Below are positions 36,284 to 46,702 of a DNA stretch of 64,000 nucleotides, one piece after another. Position numbers and translations under genes: made by a program. The stretch lies in assembly GCA_038227875.1 (NCBI GenBank), contig JBBRPR010000030.1, positions 35,923-99,922 on the forward strand, written 5' to 3'. The notes below the pieces were generated by a model. The model searched no databases and was not told the DNA's origin. It saw nothing but the letters and a program-made list of their open reading frames with translations. The stretch's first letter is position 1. Each line of letters starts with the position of its first letter. The DNA comes from Planctomycetota bacterium (GTDB lineage: Bacteria; Planctomycetota; SZUA-567; H5-PLA8).

Positions 36284-37366
36284 CTAAGCACTCCACCCCG
36301 CCTCAATCCGCCGCACCAACTCACCCCGCACCCCCGCCTCCAAAAACCCCGCCTCCGCCGCCGTCAGCGTACACCGCCGCAGTTCCTCAAAAGTCACGCC
36401 ACACTCGTCCGCCAGCCGCGCGTACTCGTCGCTGAGCGTGATCTGGCTAATCGCCGGGTCGTCCGTGTTGACTGTCACCCGCACGCCCGCGTCCAGAAAG
36501 CGTTTCAGCGGGTACACCGACGCCGATGCGCAGGCCTGCGTCTGCAAATTGGAGGTCGGACACATCTCGAGCACGATTTTCTTTTCGGCCAGGCGTGCCA
36601 CCAGCGCCGCGTCTTCCGCCGCGCGCACGCCATGGCCGATGCGCGTGGCGTGCAGCTCGTCGATCGCCTCACTCACGTTGGCCGGGCCGGGCCCGTGCGG
36701 ATCTTCGCCGGCGTGGATTGTGATCCCACTCCCGCGCGCGCGGCTCGCATCGAAGATCGCGCGAAACTCCGCCGCGGGAATCGCTTCGAAACCCGCGAGG
36801 TCCACACCGCAAAACTGTTTCCCGATGGGCCGGTCGAGCAGCTCCGCCTGCGGCAAATTCCCCGCGAGCTTGAAATGGCGGCCGAGCGTCAGAATAAATC
36901 CGACCTGTATCCCACGCCGCCGCGCCTCACCCTGAGCGGCCGCGATCATTGCTTCCGCCACTTCCTCGGCAATCTCCCGCGGCTCCGGCGGCTGTCCCAG
37001 CCAACCACCCCCGGGCCCGGCGACTGGATTCTCCTTCATCCGCCGAGCGAAGAACGCCGGGCTGAAGCGCATCTCGATGTAGATGACGTTGTCGTCGGCC
37101 GCGTCGGCGATGTACTCCACCGCCAACCGTTCCATTTCCTTGATCCCGCCGTAGCGAAAATAAAGCGCATTGAACCGCGACAAGAACGCCGGAAATCCCG
37201 GACACTCCCCGCGCGGAATCGTGACCGCCGCCTTCATCTCCTCAAACGTAGAGTAAAGCGCCTGCCCTGCACGCCGATGAAACTCCCACAGCGTCTCCGC
37301 CCGCAATGAACCTTCCGCGTGCCGATGCAACTCTACCTTGGGAAGCTTCCGAAACCGATGCGGCAT
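36284..37366 (-). CDS. add: Adenosine/adenine deaminase
   Basis: ELHRHAEGS, IHAGE, RIGHG, CPTSN, NTDDP. Confidence 0.9.
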   Translation of the reverse strand: MPHRFRKLPKVELHRHAEGSLRAETLWEFHRRAGQALYSTFEEMKAAVTIPRGECPGFPAFLSRFNALYFRYGGIKEMERLAVEYIADAADDNVIYIEMRFSPAFFARRMKENPVAGPGGGWLGQPPEPREIAEEVAEAMIAAAQGEARRRGIQVGFILTLGRHFKLAGNLPQAELLDRPIGKQFCGVDLAGFEAIPAAEFRAIFDASRARGSGITIHAGEDPHGPGPANVSEAIDELHATRIGHGVRAAEDAALVARLAEKKIVLEMCPTSNLQTQACASASVYPLKRFLDAGVRVTVNTDDPAISQITLSDEYARLADECGVTFEELRRCTLTAAEAGFLEAGVRGELVRRIEAGWSA

Positions 37367-37507
37367 GCCACGTCCTCAAATCATCGCGCCGACCCAACTC
37401 ACGGTCATTGTCGTATGATTCGCGTCGCCCTGCCACCTAACTTTCCAACTCGAACCGACTCGTTCTTCGCAGTTCTTGTCGACATTGCGTGCGATAAAAA
37501 TGCCGCG

Positions 37508-38065
37508 CTACTCTCCGCTGCTGAATTTCGCGGTCGCGCCTTCGCCGCGGTCGACGAAAGAGATCGACGCCTTGTCAGCGTTGAGCGTCGTGCCGTCGGC
37601 GAATTTCAGCGTGACCTTGGCATCGAATTCCCAGGGCGTCAGCGCCTTCGTGTTCGCCGCCGGTTCCTGCCAGATCTTGACGGTGAAGCCTTTACAGTTC
37701 GCGCGTTCCTCGCCAAACGCAGGAACGTCGAGCGCCAATTTGTGATCGCTGCTTTTGGTGTAACGCAACCGCGTCTGATCCTTCAACTCGCTGCAGGCCG
37801 CGTTGGCGACACGCGCCAGGACTTTGCCGTCCTTCGATTCGATCGTCAGAAACAGACACGTGTCGAGCCGCTTTTCGCCGCCCGAGGTATGAATCGCGAC
37901 CTCCGCGCTTTTCAGCGTCGGCTTATCCGAGAGCGGTTCCACCTTCTTAGGCGTCTGTCCTGAGTTGGTCGACGGGTCCTTCTCAGACTTCTGCACATCC
38001 GCCGCGCGACCTTGGAGCATCGCGAGCAGAAATGTGATCACGAAAAAACGGCAAACCCAAACCAT
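37508..38065 (-). CDS. Exported hypothetical protein
   Basis: GGAGG RBS, signal peptide, beta-rich mature part. Confidence 0.65.
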   Translation of the reverse strand: MVWVCRFFVITFLLAMLQGRAADVQKSEKDPSTNSGQTPKKVEPLSDKPTLKSAEVAIHTSGGEKRLDTCLFLTIESKDGKVLARVANAACSELKDQTRLRYTKSSDHKLALDVPAFGEERANCKGFTVKIWQEPAANTKALTPWEFDAKVTLKFADGTTLNADKASISFVDRGEGATAKFSSGE

Positions 38066-38199
38066 GACGCCTCCGCGCAACGAAGTTGGAGCATCGTTGC
38101 GCGGAGGTCCGCGGATATTCCGAATTCATAAAAATCAGCGCACAAAAGACGCGTGATACGGAACCGTTGCGCGACACAGAAACGACAGGCTGGCAATGC

Positions 38200-38499
38200 T
38201 CACAGATTTCGTCGCGCCAGCCGCTCTGTCAATTCCGCTTCACGAATCAAAATCAGCGAGCCGAACGTCGCCGTCGCCAGACCTTCCTCACGCCAGCGGG
38301 CGATGACGGCATTGGTCAAGTTGTACTTCTTCTTAATGTCACCAATCGACAGCATCCCTTCAGGACGTTCCACTTTTCCCTTGGGCCGGCCGGTGTGTTT
38401 GGAAATAAAATGCGGGCTGTGCACAAAATGCCACTGCGCGATTTTGTCCAACGCGATTCCCGTCATGCGCGAAATCTTGCGAAGCTTCTTCGATTGCAT
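38200..38499 (-). CDS. Small basic DNA-binding protein (HTH/excisionase-like)
   Basis: GGGAGG RBS; LSIGDIKKKYNLTNAVIARWREEGL resembles a MerR/Xis-type HTH; GRPKGK. Confidence 0.55.
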   Translation of the reverse strand: MQSKKLRKISRMTGIALDKIAQWHFVHSPHFISKHTGRPKGKVERPEGMLSIGDIKKKYNLTNAVIARWREEGLATATFGSLILIREAELTERLARRNL

Positions 38500-38557
38500 C
38501 AAATCCACAGCAGTCCTCCCGGATTCATCACGCATCGTTCATCACTCATCGTTAAGT

Positions 38558-39877
38558 TCAGGGCCTGACACGCCGCGCATCCGGAATCGGATTCGGCGGC
38601 ACGGGCGGTCCCGGCGGCAAACGCGTCGCCTCAGTCTCGCCGTCGATTACCATCGCTTTCGCGCGTCCCACTGTCGCCGAACCGACGGCATGGGAAATCG
38701 CGCGCGTCCCCGCCACCAGCGTGATCTCCACGTTCTGAACGTCCGGACACGACGTCAGCACCAGCGATCCCACCTGCTGCAATTCCGCCGCGATCTCCGT
38801 CTTGTCCGGTTCAGCCACCGCGGAAAGCACGCTCACCTTCAGCACGCCATCCGCGGTCCCTAACGCCGTCAACCGCGCATGGCCGTCGTTTGTGTTCAGC
38901 TGTCGCAGCAGCGCATCCGCGGCGCGCATGTCTTCGGGCGTGAGCTGCCCAAAGTTGTCGTGGATCCAAGTCTGAATCAGGTTCTGCGACTGCGTCAGCG
39001 CCGCTTCCGCCACGCCCAGGCTCATGCCGGATTGAGCCGCTGCCGCCATGCGCGTTTGCAGTTTCAGATTGTGATTCTGCGCCTCGCCGTACTTTCCGTC
39101 GCGCAGTAACTCCGTGATCGCCGCGACCTCCGCACTCGAATCCGCGCCTGCGCGAGCCTGCGCGTGGTATGAAATCCAGACCTGCAATCCGCCGAGGCAT
39201 AGCGCCGTCGCAGCCAGACCGGAGACGACGAGCTTCGTCTGCCGCCTCTGTTTCGCCGCATCCCCCCACAAACCCACCGCGACAGCCGCCAGCGATGCGA
39301 GCATCAGCACCATCAGCCCGAGCGGCGGAAAGACCACCAGCGAAATCAACGTCGCCACACCGGCCGCGATCAGCATGCGTCGCCGGTTCCGGACACGCTG
39401 CAGAGCCTCGGCTTCCTTGTTCGCGCAGCCCGCACAAACAAGAATGCCGTCCTTCAACTCCGCTTCGCCGGCAACCACCGCTTCGCGCGCGAGCGGAATC
39501 TCGCACTTCGAGCAGCGCCAGATCGATGTGCGCGTCGTGACCGACGTCGGCCGAGGCGCCGCGCGCTGACTCATCGCCGCTCGCGCTGGAATTCCCGTCT
39601 GCGCCGGATTCTTTTGCCCACCCGACGGAGTGACCGAGCTCATTACCGAAACAGGCCGGACAACAAGCGGCGGCCCCCCAACAGGAACCGCCTGCAAACG
39701 TCCTGGCGTCAGCGTCGGTACGATTCGAGTGGAAGGCCGCGGAGTTGGAATCGCATTGGTGATGACCGTCGACTGCGATGCGCGCGGCGGTGACTTGACT
39801 GTAGCGACAGGCTTGCCCACTACGGGTGTCACCACCGAGATCGGTTTGCGCTTTCCCAATATTTTCTCTTCCGTCAT
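38558..39877 (-). CDS. Membrane protein with Pro/Thr-rich N-terminus and Zn ribbon
   Basis: Start MTEEKIL after GGAGAGG; CSKC...CAGC; 2-3 TM helices. Confidence 0.7.
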   Translation of the reverse strand: MTEEKILGKRKPISVVTPVVGKPVATVKSPPRASQSTVITNAIPTPRPSTRIVPTLTPGRLQAVPVGGPPLVVRPVSVMSSVTPSGGQKNPAQTGIPARAAMSQRAAPRPTSVTTRTSIWRCSKCEIPLAREAVVAGEAELKDGILVCAGCANKEAEALQRVRNRRRMLIAAGVATLISLVVFPPLGLMVLMLASLAAVAVGLWGDAAKQRRQTKLVVSGLAATALCLGGLQVWISYHAQARAGADSSAEVAAITELLRDGKYGEAQNHNLKLQTRMAAAAQSGMSLGVAEAALTQSQNLIQTWIHDNFGQLTPEDMRAADALLRQLNTNDGHARLTALGTADGVLKVSVLSAVAEPDKTEIAAELQQVGSLVLTSCPDVQNVEITLVAGTRAISHAVGSATVGRAKAMVIDGETEATRLPPGPPVPPNPIPDARRVRP

Positions 39878-39963
39878 CGTCCTCTCCGTCCCCTTCCCAC
39901 CGTGCTCGCCCCCAACTCTGACCCCTGGCCCCTGACCCCTGACCCCTCGCGCTTTAGCGCGCT

Positions 39964-42591
39964 TTACTTCACGCCTTGGTTCAGGCACCAGATCGAACGC
40001 ACGCGAATATTCTTCGTCGTCGAATTGCTGCCGTACTGCGCGGCACGTTCGGCCGGAACATCCTCGACGCCGCGCCAATCAATCCATTCCCGAGCAGCAG
40101 TCGGGCAGCGCAGGTCCATCGTGTTGCTGATCCCCGCGTTGATCGGTTCGCTCAGGATCTCCGGCTGCTGGCGCGTCGTTTCGAGTTGCTCGTTGGTCAG
40201 ATCGCCGTCGGGCATATCGTTGGAGTTCACCTTCCGCAGCAGGCTCGCGTTCTTATCCATGCAGTAGAAGTCGTTGGGATCGTGCTCGGTCTTGACGCGG
40301 CGCGGCATGTCGCTGGCGTACCAGCTGTCGTTGTCACGCGAGATGTCCGGCGCGATCTCCAGCACCGTGCCCCACTGCGACGAGAGCAGCACGCGCGGGT
40401 TGAGCGGATCGGCGATGACCGATTGCGCGTCGACAAGCTGAACATTGATGATCAGCGTGAACGTCGTCGTCGCGGTCGTCAGCTCCGTCGAAAACCAGTC
40501 CGGCCCGAAGACCTGCTGCCGCCACGCGGAATCGGCGCGCTTTTCGTACGGACCGTCGGGCGCGGTGTTCAGCGCCAGGTCCATGCCTTTTGGCCTCAGA
40601 TAGAGTGGCTTGTTGTCGAGCGGATCGGCGACGCCGTCGGGATGTTTGTGGTAGCTGCGGTAACCGGGATCGACGTGCGTCAGCGCATCATCAAAGTAGT
40701 TGTAGACGTTCGCGTGCGAGCCGAGCTTGGTGGCGTCGGTCATGTCGGAGTTGTTCGGCTCGTTCTCCGCTCGAGCCAGGCGTAGGTCGTAGAGTTCCTT
40801 GCACGGAAAGCTGCCCCAGATCGTCGCCGGGCCGGGCACGAGGTTATCGTAGACCGCATCGGCCGTGCGCATGTCGAGTTTTCCCTGCGCCACCGACGGC
40901 ACATCCGACGTGTTGAAATTCACCAGCGCCGCGACGCCAGCGGAGATTGTCATCAGGTCCTGCTTGACGTGATTGCGGAAGCTGATCACGCCTTCGGGAA
41001 AGCGCGTCTTCGCGTACGTGTTGTCGGAGCAGCCGATGTTGACGCCGTAAACCTGCGCGAACGTGCCGTCGTCGGAGTAATCGATCGGCTTGTCGATGGT
41101 CTTGTTGTAATACGGCGGGAACTTGCGGTTCATCGGGTGGCGGTAGGTGCCGGTGAAGTAGCGGCAGAGCGTTTCCTGATATTGGTACGCCAGCTTTGTG
41201 CGCAATTCTTCGTGCTTCTGCCACGCCAACGCGCGTTCGTTGGGATTGGGAATCGCGGCGATGTTCGCCGCGGCGGGGCTTGCCACTGCGTGCGCGACGC
41301 CGCCGGCATCCTTGTAGGTCATCGTGCCGACGGTGATGATGCGCCGCAGCGATTCAACGTTGAACACGGCTTCCATTGCATACGCCGGCGAGCCGTTCGC
41401 ATACGGTTTGTTGTAGAAGGCGACGTTGGTCGGAATCCGTTCGTCGGAATTCGGGCAGGTATTCACGTTGATCGGACAGCGACCCGTGTCGGGATCGGTG
41501 TACGCGAGAAGACTGAACGGAATGTTCTGCGGCAGCCCGCCGACGCACGCGTTGCTTTTGTACGCGAAGTAAAGTCCGGTGCTGGGATTCGATGTGTCGT
41601 AATCGTAGCCATTTTTCGGAATCAGCGGCACGCCCGACGCGGTGCTCGCATAACCAGAACCATAGCCCAGCGGCGGTAGATAGTTGCCGCTCAGCAGCCC
41701 GCTCGAAAAAAGATTCGCCTGCGCGATGCCGTCGGACTGGATCAGCGGCTTGAGCGCGCACATATCCGGACCGTACAGGCCCATCCACATCGTGTTGGTC
41801 GTCACCCAATTCGGCGAGACCTGGCCCTCGTGGCCGTTGTACTGATTGCCGATCGGCCAGTACATGTAGCGCGTCGAGCGCGTGACGACGCGCCACGCTT
41901 CGTGATAACGGATCGGCGCAAAGTTTCGCGCGGTCGCTAGATTCGTCGCCGACGGCTCGATCGCCATCGCGTTGAACGTGCCGGTGTCGCGCCATTCGCG
42001 GTAGGCTTCGAGCTGCTGCTCCCCCAGCCCATCCATGAACATATGAGCGGCCTGGCACTGCGTCGGGTTGCCGTCCTCCAGCCAGTCGTTGACACACGGG
42101 ACGGAATTCGGATCGAGCACCAGCACGCTGAAGCGCGCACGCATCCCGCCTTCGGGGAAATAATCGGCCGGCAGATAGACCCACGGCGCTTCGTCTTGCA
42201 GTTTCACTTCGCAGCACGTCGGATCGGAACTGCCGGTGCGGACGTTGGTGACCTTCGCGTTGATCCAGGAACTCATCCCCGGTTCGCACGAACGGTACCA
42301 CCACGTGCTGTTGTCGCGGGCGCGCGAGACGTACTTCGTCGCGTCAAACTTGCCGCCGCTGATGAGGCTGTCGACCATGTTTCCGGCCATCCAATCGACG
42401 GCCGAATAGTAGAGATTGACGCCGTCCATTTTGTCGCGCAGCGTCGAGACGGCTTCCGTTTCCGAGCGCGTAACCGAGAGCAGCCCCAGGCAGACGGAGA
42501 GCAGCACCGCCAGCAAACCGATCACGACCAGCAGCAGAAATCCGCGGCGTGGCGTGATCAGGGCAGAAATTTTCCGGGGCATCGCGCTCAT
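39964..42591 (-). CDS. Large GspK/PilX-like minor pilin (875 aa)
   Basis: PRRG-FLLLVVIGLLAVLL prepilin site without Glu5, as in GspK/PilX; last gene of the pilin cassette. Confidence 0.75.
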   Translation of the reverse strand: MSAMPRKISALITPRRGFLLLVVIGLLAVLLSVCLGLLSVTRSETEAVSTLRDKMDGVNLYYSAVDWMAGNMVDSLISGGKFDATKYVSRARDNSTWWYRSCEPGMSSWINAKVTNVRTGSSDPTCCEVKLQDEAPWVYLPADYFPEGGMRARFSVLVLDPNSVPCVNDWLEDGNPTQCQAAHMFMDGLGEQQLEAYREWRDTGTFNAMAIEPSATNLATARNFAPIRYHEAWRVVTRSTRYMYWPIGNQYNGHEGQVSPNWVTTNTMWMGLYGPDMCALKPLIQSDGIAQANLFSSGLLSGNYLPPLGYGSGYASTASGVPLIPKNGYDYDTSNPSTGLYFAYKSNACVGGLPQNIPFSLLAYTDPDTGRCPINVNTCPNSDERIPTNVAFYNKPYANGSPAYAMEAVFNVESLRRIITVGTMTYKDAGGVAHAVASPAAANIAAIPNPNERALAWQKHEELRTKLAYQYQETLCRYFTGTYRHPMNRKFPPYYNKTIDKPIDYSDDGTFAQVYGVNIGCSDNTYAKTRFPEGVISFRNHVKQDLMTISAGVAALVNFNTSDVPSVAQGKLDMRTADAVYDNLVPGPATIWGSFPCKELYDLRLARAENEPNNSDMTDATKLGSHANVYNYFDDALTHVDPGYRSYHKHPDGVADPLDNKPLYLRPKGMDLALNTAPDGPYEKRADSAWRQQVFGPDWFSTELTTATTTFTLIINVQLVDAQSVIADPLNPRVLLSSQWGTVLEIAPDISRDNDSWYASDMPRRVKTEHDPNDFYCMDKNASLLRKVNSNDMPDGDLTNEQLETTRQQPEILSEPINAGISNTMDLRCPTAAREWIDWRGVEDVPAERAAQYGSNSTTKNIRVRSIWCLNQGVK

Positions 42592-42609
42592 CGACAGTTC
42601 CTCTTTCCG

Positions 42610-43878
42610 CTACCAATTCAGCGGCAGCGGGGGCCGCGGCCAGAGCCGGTATGTTCCAAACACGCCCAGATCGTTGACGGGACTGACCGGCGCTTCCGAA
42701 TAGCGCGTGTTCACGTGCGGGCTCGCGTCGCCCCATTCCCAGAGGTAATCGCCGTTGTACATCGGCGGCAGATTCTTGAGGCGCTTGGTGCGATTGAAGA
42801 CGGTGCCCTTGTTCGGATTGGTCGGCGCTGTTCCGCCCGATGTGAATGCGTAGTAGGTCGCGTCACTGGTGTTGGCGACAGTGCCTTTGAAGCTTCCAGT
42901 CGGTAGATAGACGATGCGCTGCACGGTCAGCGAACCCACGCGCTTGTCGCGGTCGCAGACACTGATGGTGAAGCGCAGCGCCTTCGGCGGTCGCGAGAAA
43001 TACACCGCGTGGCTGTCCGGCGGGTTGACGAACGCATTCAGCGTTGCGTCCCAGTACGCAATGTCCAGGTCCATCACGCGGATGCCGGAAATACCGCGGT
43101 AGTGCTGCCGGCCGGGAAGATATTCTTCCGTCTGCACGCGCCGCGCATTCCGCGGCTCCTTGCCGGGTCCGAGCATGTCGTAGTTTTCGTCGTACATCCG
43201 AATTGCACTGGCGTAGCCGCCATCGGTGACGTTGTCCTTGTGATAGTTCGAAATCGCGTAAGCGTGCACCGGCGTGGTGATCTGCGCGACGTCGGCGAGC
43301 TGATCGGTGGCGTCGATGGAACTGTGACCTTCCATCTGATCGACGTCGACCACCGACGGCGTCTGATACGAGAGCGTCGACGTGAGCTGCACGCGCCAGC
43401 CTTCCGCGTAGCGTCCCCAGTTCGTCGGGTACGCGAGCGGATGGCCTTGCGAGCCGGGAATCAGCGGCACGGTTTTGCCGCCGACGACGTTGATGTAATC
43501 GTAGCCGCCGGGCTGCAGTTCCATCATGTTGAGACAATCGGCTTCGCGGCGCGAGGCGTGGTACTTGATCGTGTCCGGGTTGGCGTACTGCGGCGTGAAC
43601 GGATCGGTGTCTTGAAAGGCCAGGCTCTTCAGCGAAAAGTGACCGCCGCGTTCGTTCATCACCGCCAGGCGCGATTCGGATTCGAACGTGTCGAGAATAT
43701 TGCGCGCCGCCGCGTACAGGGCGAGTTTCCGCTCCACGGAACTGACCGTCTGCGTCGAGACGCGGAAGACCGGCACGGTAATCGTGACCACCAGCAGACA
43801 GATGGTCGCCACGACCATCATTTCCACCAGGGTGAATCCAGCACGACGCGGCCGATTGGTCATTGGACGAGTTCCCAT
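42610..43878 (-). CDS. Prepilin-type protein (GspJ/PilW-like)
   Basis: RRAG-FTLVEMMVV; TAATG-coupled to the upstream gene. Confidence 0.85.
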   Translation of the reverse strand: MGTRPMTNRPRRAGFTLVEMMVVATICLLVVTITVPVFRVSTQTVSSVERKLALYAAARNILDTFESESRLAVMNERGGHFSLKSLAFQDTDPFTPQYANPDTIKYHASRREADCLNMMELQPGGYDYINVVGGKTVPLIPGSQGHPLAYPTNWGRYAEGWRVQLTSTLSYQTPSVVDVDQMEGHSSIDATDQLADVAQITTPVHAYAISNYHKDNVTDGGYASAIRMYDENYDMLGPGKEPRNARRVQTEEYLPGRQHYRGISGIRVMDLDIAYWDATLNAFVNPPDSHAVYFSRPPKALRFTISVCDRDKRVGSLTVQRIVYLPTGSFKGTVANTSDATYYAFTSGGTAPTNPNKGTVFNRTKRLKNLPPMYNGDYLWEWGDASPHVNTRYSEAPVSPVNDLGVFGTYRLWPRPPLPLNW

Positions 43879-44375
43879 TATTGATACGGCAGCATGTACT
43901 GTGTGAAGCGGAACGATCGCGACGTGTTGACGTGGCGCACGACGATCGTGACTTGCGTCAGTCCAGAGTTGCTCGCGCCGGCGACGGGCGCTTTATATCC
44001 ATTGGGCGGCGCCGGTGACGCGGAACCCGACGCGGCAATGCCGCAGAGCCGGCCCAGGTTGTTCTCGACTTTCCATTCGTACGCATCGATGTCGTCGTAG
44101 TTCTCGTACGGCTCGCCCGATGCGTGTTTGAATTTCTGGAACGTGGTGTACGCACTCAGGGACGACGGATCGATGCGGTCGCGGCGGAATTCGGTGAACT
44201 TCGACGCCGAAAGATTCATCGCCGCGTCCTGCAGAATCACCCACTCCGCCGAATTCACGCCGGTGGGCAGTGCCGCGAGCACGCCGAGAATGCCGAAGAG
44301 CAGAATGAAGAGCGCGATCAGCACTTCCAGCAGCGTGAGGCCGCGCGCGCGGCGGAATTGAAGCGGAGTTCTCAT
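43878..44375 (-). CDS. Prepilin-type protein (GspI/PilV-like)
   Basis: RARG-LTLLEVLIALFILLFGILGV. Confidence 0.85.
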   Translation of the reverse strand: MRTPLQFRRARGLTLLEVLIALFILLFGILGVLAALPTGVNSAEWVILQDAAMNLSASKFTEFRRDRIDPSSLSAYTTFQKFKHASGEPYENYDDIDAYEWKVENNLGRLCGIAASGSASPAPPNGYKAPVAGASNSGLTQVTIVVRHVNTSRSFRFTQYMLPYQ

Positions 44376-45301
44376 CAGAACGTCCCTGCCGCGCCGGGGA
44401 TTGCGTCGAGTTTCGGTTCGATGTCCTTGAAGCTCTTCAGCGTCGTCGCGGGATTCACCGGGATCATGTAGCCCGCCGACGGCCCGACGGCGTTCAGGAA
44501 GATCGGCTGCTTGCCGCTGGTGTTCAGACTGCCGTAGTTGACGACATACGGCCGCGTGCTGCCGTAGGTGTAATCGCCGGTGTGGACGATACGGTGCTCG
44601 CCGGTCGTCGTGTCGAGGACCAGCAGGTACGCGAACGAATTGTTGTTCATGAAGCCGGCGATGCGGCCGGACTTGTCGTAGACGATCTGGTGCGTCTTGA
44701 TCTGCCCGATCGGGCCGCGGCTCAAGTTCTCAAACCCAAATGCGCGCTGCGGCGGCAAGCCCTGTGCGTCCCAGTAGCCAGGCTGGTTCTGATAGTTGGT
44801 CGTGTAGACGCCGGCAAAAATGCGGATGCCGTCTGGCAGCGTCAGCGGTTCAGTTGAAAGTGGCGCGATCTTGACCCAGAACGGATACCCCGCCGTACCG
44901 CCCCACGACGCGCTGTACGGATTTCCCGGCTCGTACGGCACGGTCATGTTCTCGACAGCCGAACCGTTGGAGACATCGCGGACCGTCCAGATTTCGATCT
45001 CGCCGTTTTTCGGGAGAACTCCGGCCATCGGCGATGGTTTCAACTTCACCGGATCGTCGCCGAAGAAAACCGAGACCGTCGCACGCTCGCGCTGCGCCGA
45101 AGCGCGCGCCCGCATCAATACTGAGAGCACCGTCTGCGTCGCCTGATCGATCCGCGACGTCCGCAACAGCCGCGACATCGACGCCACCGCCATGCTCGTC
45201 AGCAGCAGCATGATCGCCAGCACCAGGATCAACTCAATGACCGTGAAGCCGCGGCCAAAGCGATGACGAACGGAAGCAGTGTGCATCGTGCCGTTTTTCA
45301 T
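44375..45301 (-). CDS. Prepilin-type protein (GspH/FimT-like)
   Basis: FGRG-FTVIELILVLAI...LMRARASA. Confidence 0.85.
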   Translation of the reverse strand: MKNGTMHTASVRHRFGRGFTVIELILVLAIMLLLTSMAVASMSRLLRTSRIDQATQTVLSVLMRARASAQRERATVSVFFGDDPVKLKPSPMAGVLPKNGEIEIWTVRDVSNGSAVENMTVPYEPGNPYSASWGGTAGYPFWVKIAPLSTEPLTLPDGIRIFAGVYTTNYQNQPGYWDAQGLPPQRAFGFENLSRGPIGQIKTHQIVYDKSGRIAGFMNNNSFAYLLVLDTTTGEHRIVHTGDYTYGSTRPYVVNYGSLNTSGKQPIFLNAVGPSAGYMIPVNPATTLKSFKDIEPKLDAIPGAAGTF

Positions 45302-45876
45302 TTATCGAGAATGTCGTCGCCGGTGCCGCCGTCGTCAGTGCGGTTGACGCCGAACGAGTAGGCCTTCGGCACCAGGATCTTGCGCGTCTGGCCGATCACC
45401 ACTGGGTCCGGAAAGTCGACCGGCGAACATGCGAAGGAATACGGCGAACCCCAGACGTCGATGATCACCGTCTTGCCGCCGACGTCTTTGAGCTCATTGG
45501 TTTCGAACGTACAGAACGGCCCGACATCGACGGTCGCCTGAATCTCCCCTTTAGAAGGATCCGGCGCGACACGGAACGACGCCGTCAGCCACACATACAG
45601 TTCGTGATTGTTCTCCAGAAGATCCGCGGGTGCGAGAATGCCGGAGGCCGGGCGCGCGTGCGCAGAAGTTGGATACGTGCGGAACTGGAGATTGTACGAA
45701 CCGAGGGCGTTGCGGATTTTTTCGAGCACCGCGCGCGTCCGGTTTTCCTGAGCACGCGCACGTGCACGGCCCAGCATCGGAAAAAGTGCCGCCATCAGGA
45801 ACGCAATGATCGCGATGACGATCAGCAGTTCAATCAGCGTCATGCCGCGCGGGGAGTTGATCGTAAAGCGATGCAT
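45298..45876 (-). CDS. Prepilin-type protein (GspG-like major pseudopilin)
   Basis: PRG-MTLIELLIVIAII; IIDVWGSPY and YSFGVNRTDDGGTGDDI, GspG-like C-terminus. Confidence 0.85.
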   Translation of the reverse strand: MHRFTINSPRGMTLIELLIVIAIIAFLMAALFPMLGRARARAQENRTRAVLEKIRNALGSYNLQFRTYPTSAHARPASGILAPADLLENNHELYVWLTASFRVAPDPSKGEIQATVDVGPFCTFETNELKDVGGKTVIIDVWGSPYSFACSPVDFPDPVVIGQTRKILVPKAYSFGVNRTDDGGTGDDILDK

Positions 45877-46000
45877 CGCCTTCCTCCCTCTCGCGAGTCA
45901 TAGGGTTACACTGCTTCCGTATCCTCCTTCCGTGGAGTGTTCCACTGGTGGACATCAAAATGAAAGAATTGTCAAAATTGGAGCGCGCGGGCAATCCGAA

Positions 46001-46702
46001 TTACGAATCGGTGCGCAGCCGGTAGCCCACGCCGGTTTCCGTCAGCAGGTATTTCGGGCGCGCGGGGTCTTCTTCGATTTTCTGGCGCAGCTGGTGGACG
46101 TAGACGCGGAGGTAGTTGCCCTCGTCGGCGGTGACCGGCCCCCACACTTCCCGCAGCAGCTGATGATGCGTCAACACGCGGCCGGCGTGTTTGACGAACG
46201 CGACGAGCAGGCGGAATTCGATCGGCGTCAGGCGCACTTCCTTGCCCTGCAGCGTCACGATGCGCCGCACCAGGTCGATGGTCAGCGCGCCGGTTTTGAA
46301 AATCGATTCGTGCGTCTCCCCGGAAATGCGCGCGGCCTCGCGCAACGCGACGCGGATACGCGCCATCAGTTCCGGCGCGCTGAACGGCTTGGTCAGGTAA
46401 TCGTTGGCGCCGGAATCCAGCGCCGCGACTTTGTCCTGCTCCTGCCCGCGCGCGGAGAGCACGATCACCGGCACGGCGCTCCACGTCCGCAGCTGGCGGA
46501 TCACTTCCAGGCCGTCGATGTCGGGAAGCCCGAGATCCAGCAGCACCACGTCCGGCGGATGCGACGCGGCCTCCTGCACGCCGGTTGTTCCGTTCACGGC
46601 TTCGATCAACGTGTAGCCTTCGTGGCCCAGCGTCGCGCGGAGGAATCGGCGGATCTGTGGCTCGTCTTCGATGACCAGAACTGTCCCCGGATGATCGCTC
46701 AT
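46001..46702 (-). CDS. kdpE: KDP operon response regulator
   Basis: LLDLGLPDIDG, DYLTKPF, LTPIEF, YLRVYVHQLRQKIE, TETGVGYR. Confidence 0.95.
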   Translation of the reverse strand: MSDHPGTVLVIEDEPQIRRFLRATLGHEGYTLIEAVNGTTGVQEAASHPPDVVLLDLGLPDIDGLEVIRQLRTWSAVPVIVLSARGQEQDKVAALDSGANDYLTKPFSAPELMARIRVALREAARISGETHESIFKTGALTIDLVRRIVTLQGKEVRLTPIEFRLLVAFVKHAGRVLTHHQLLREVWGPVTADEGNYLRVYVHQLRQKIEEDPARPKYLLTETGVGYRLRTDS

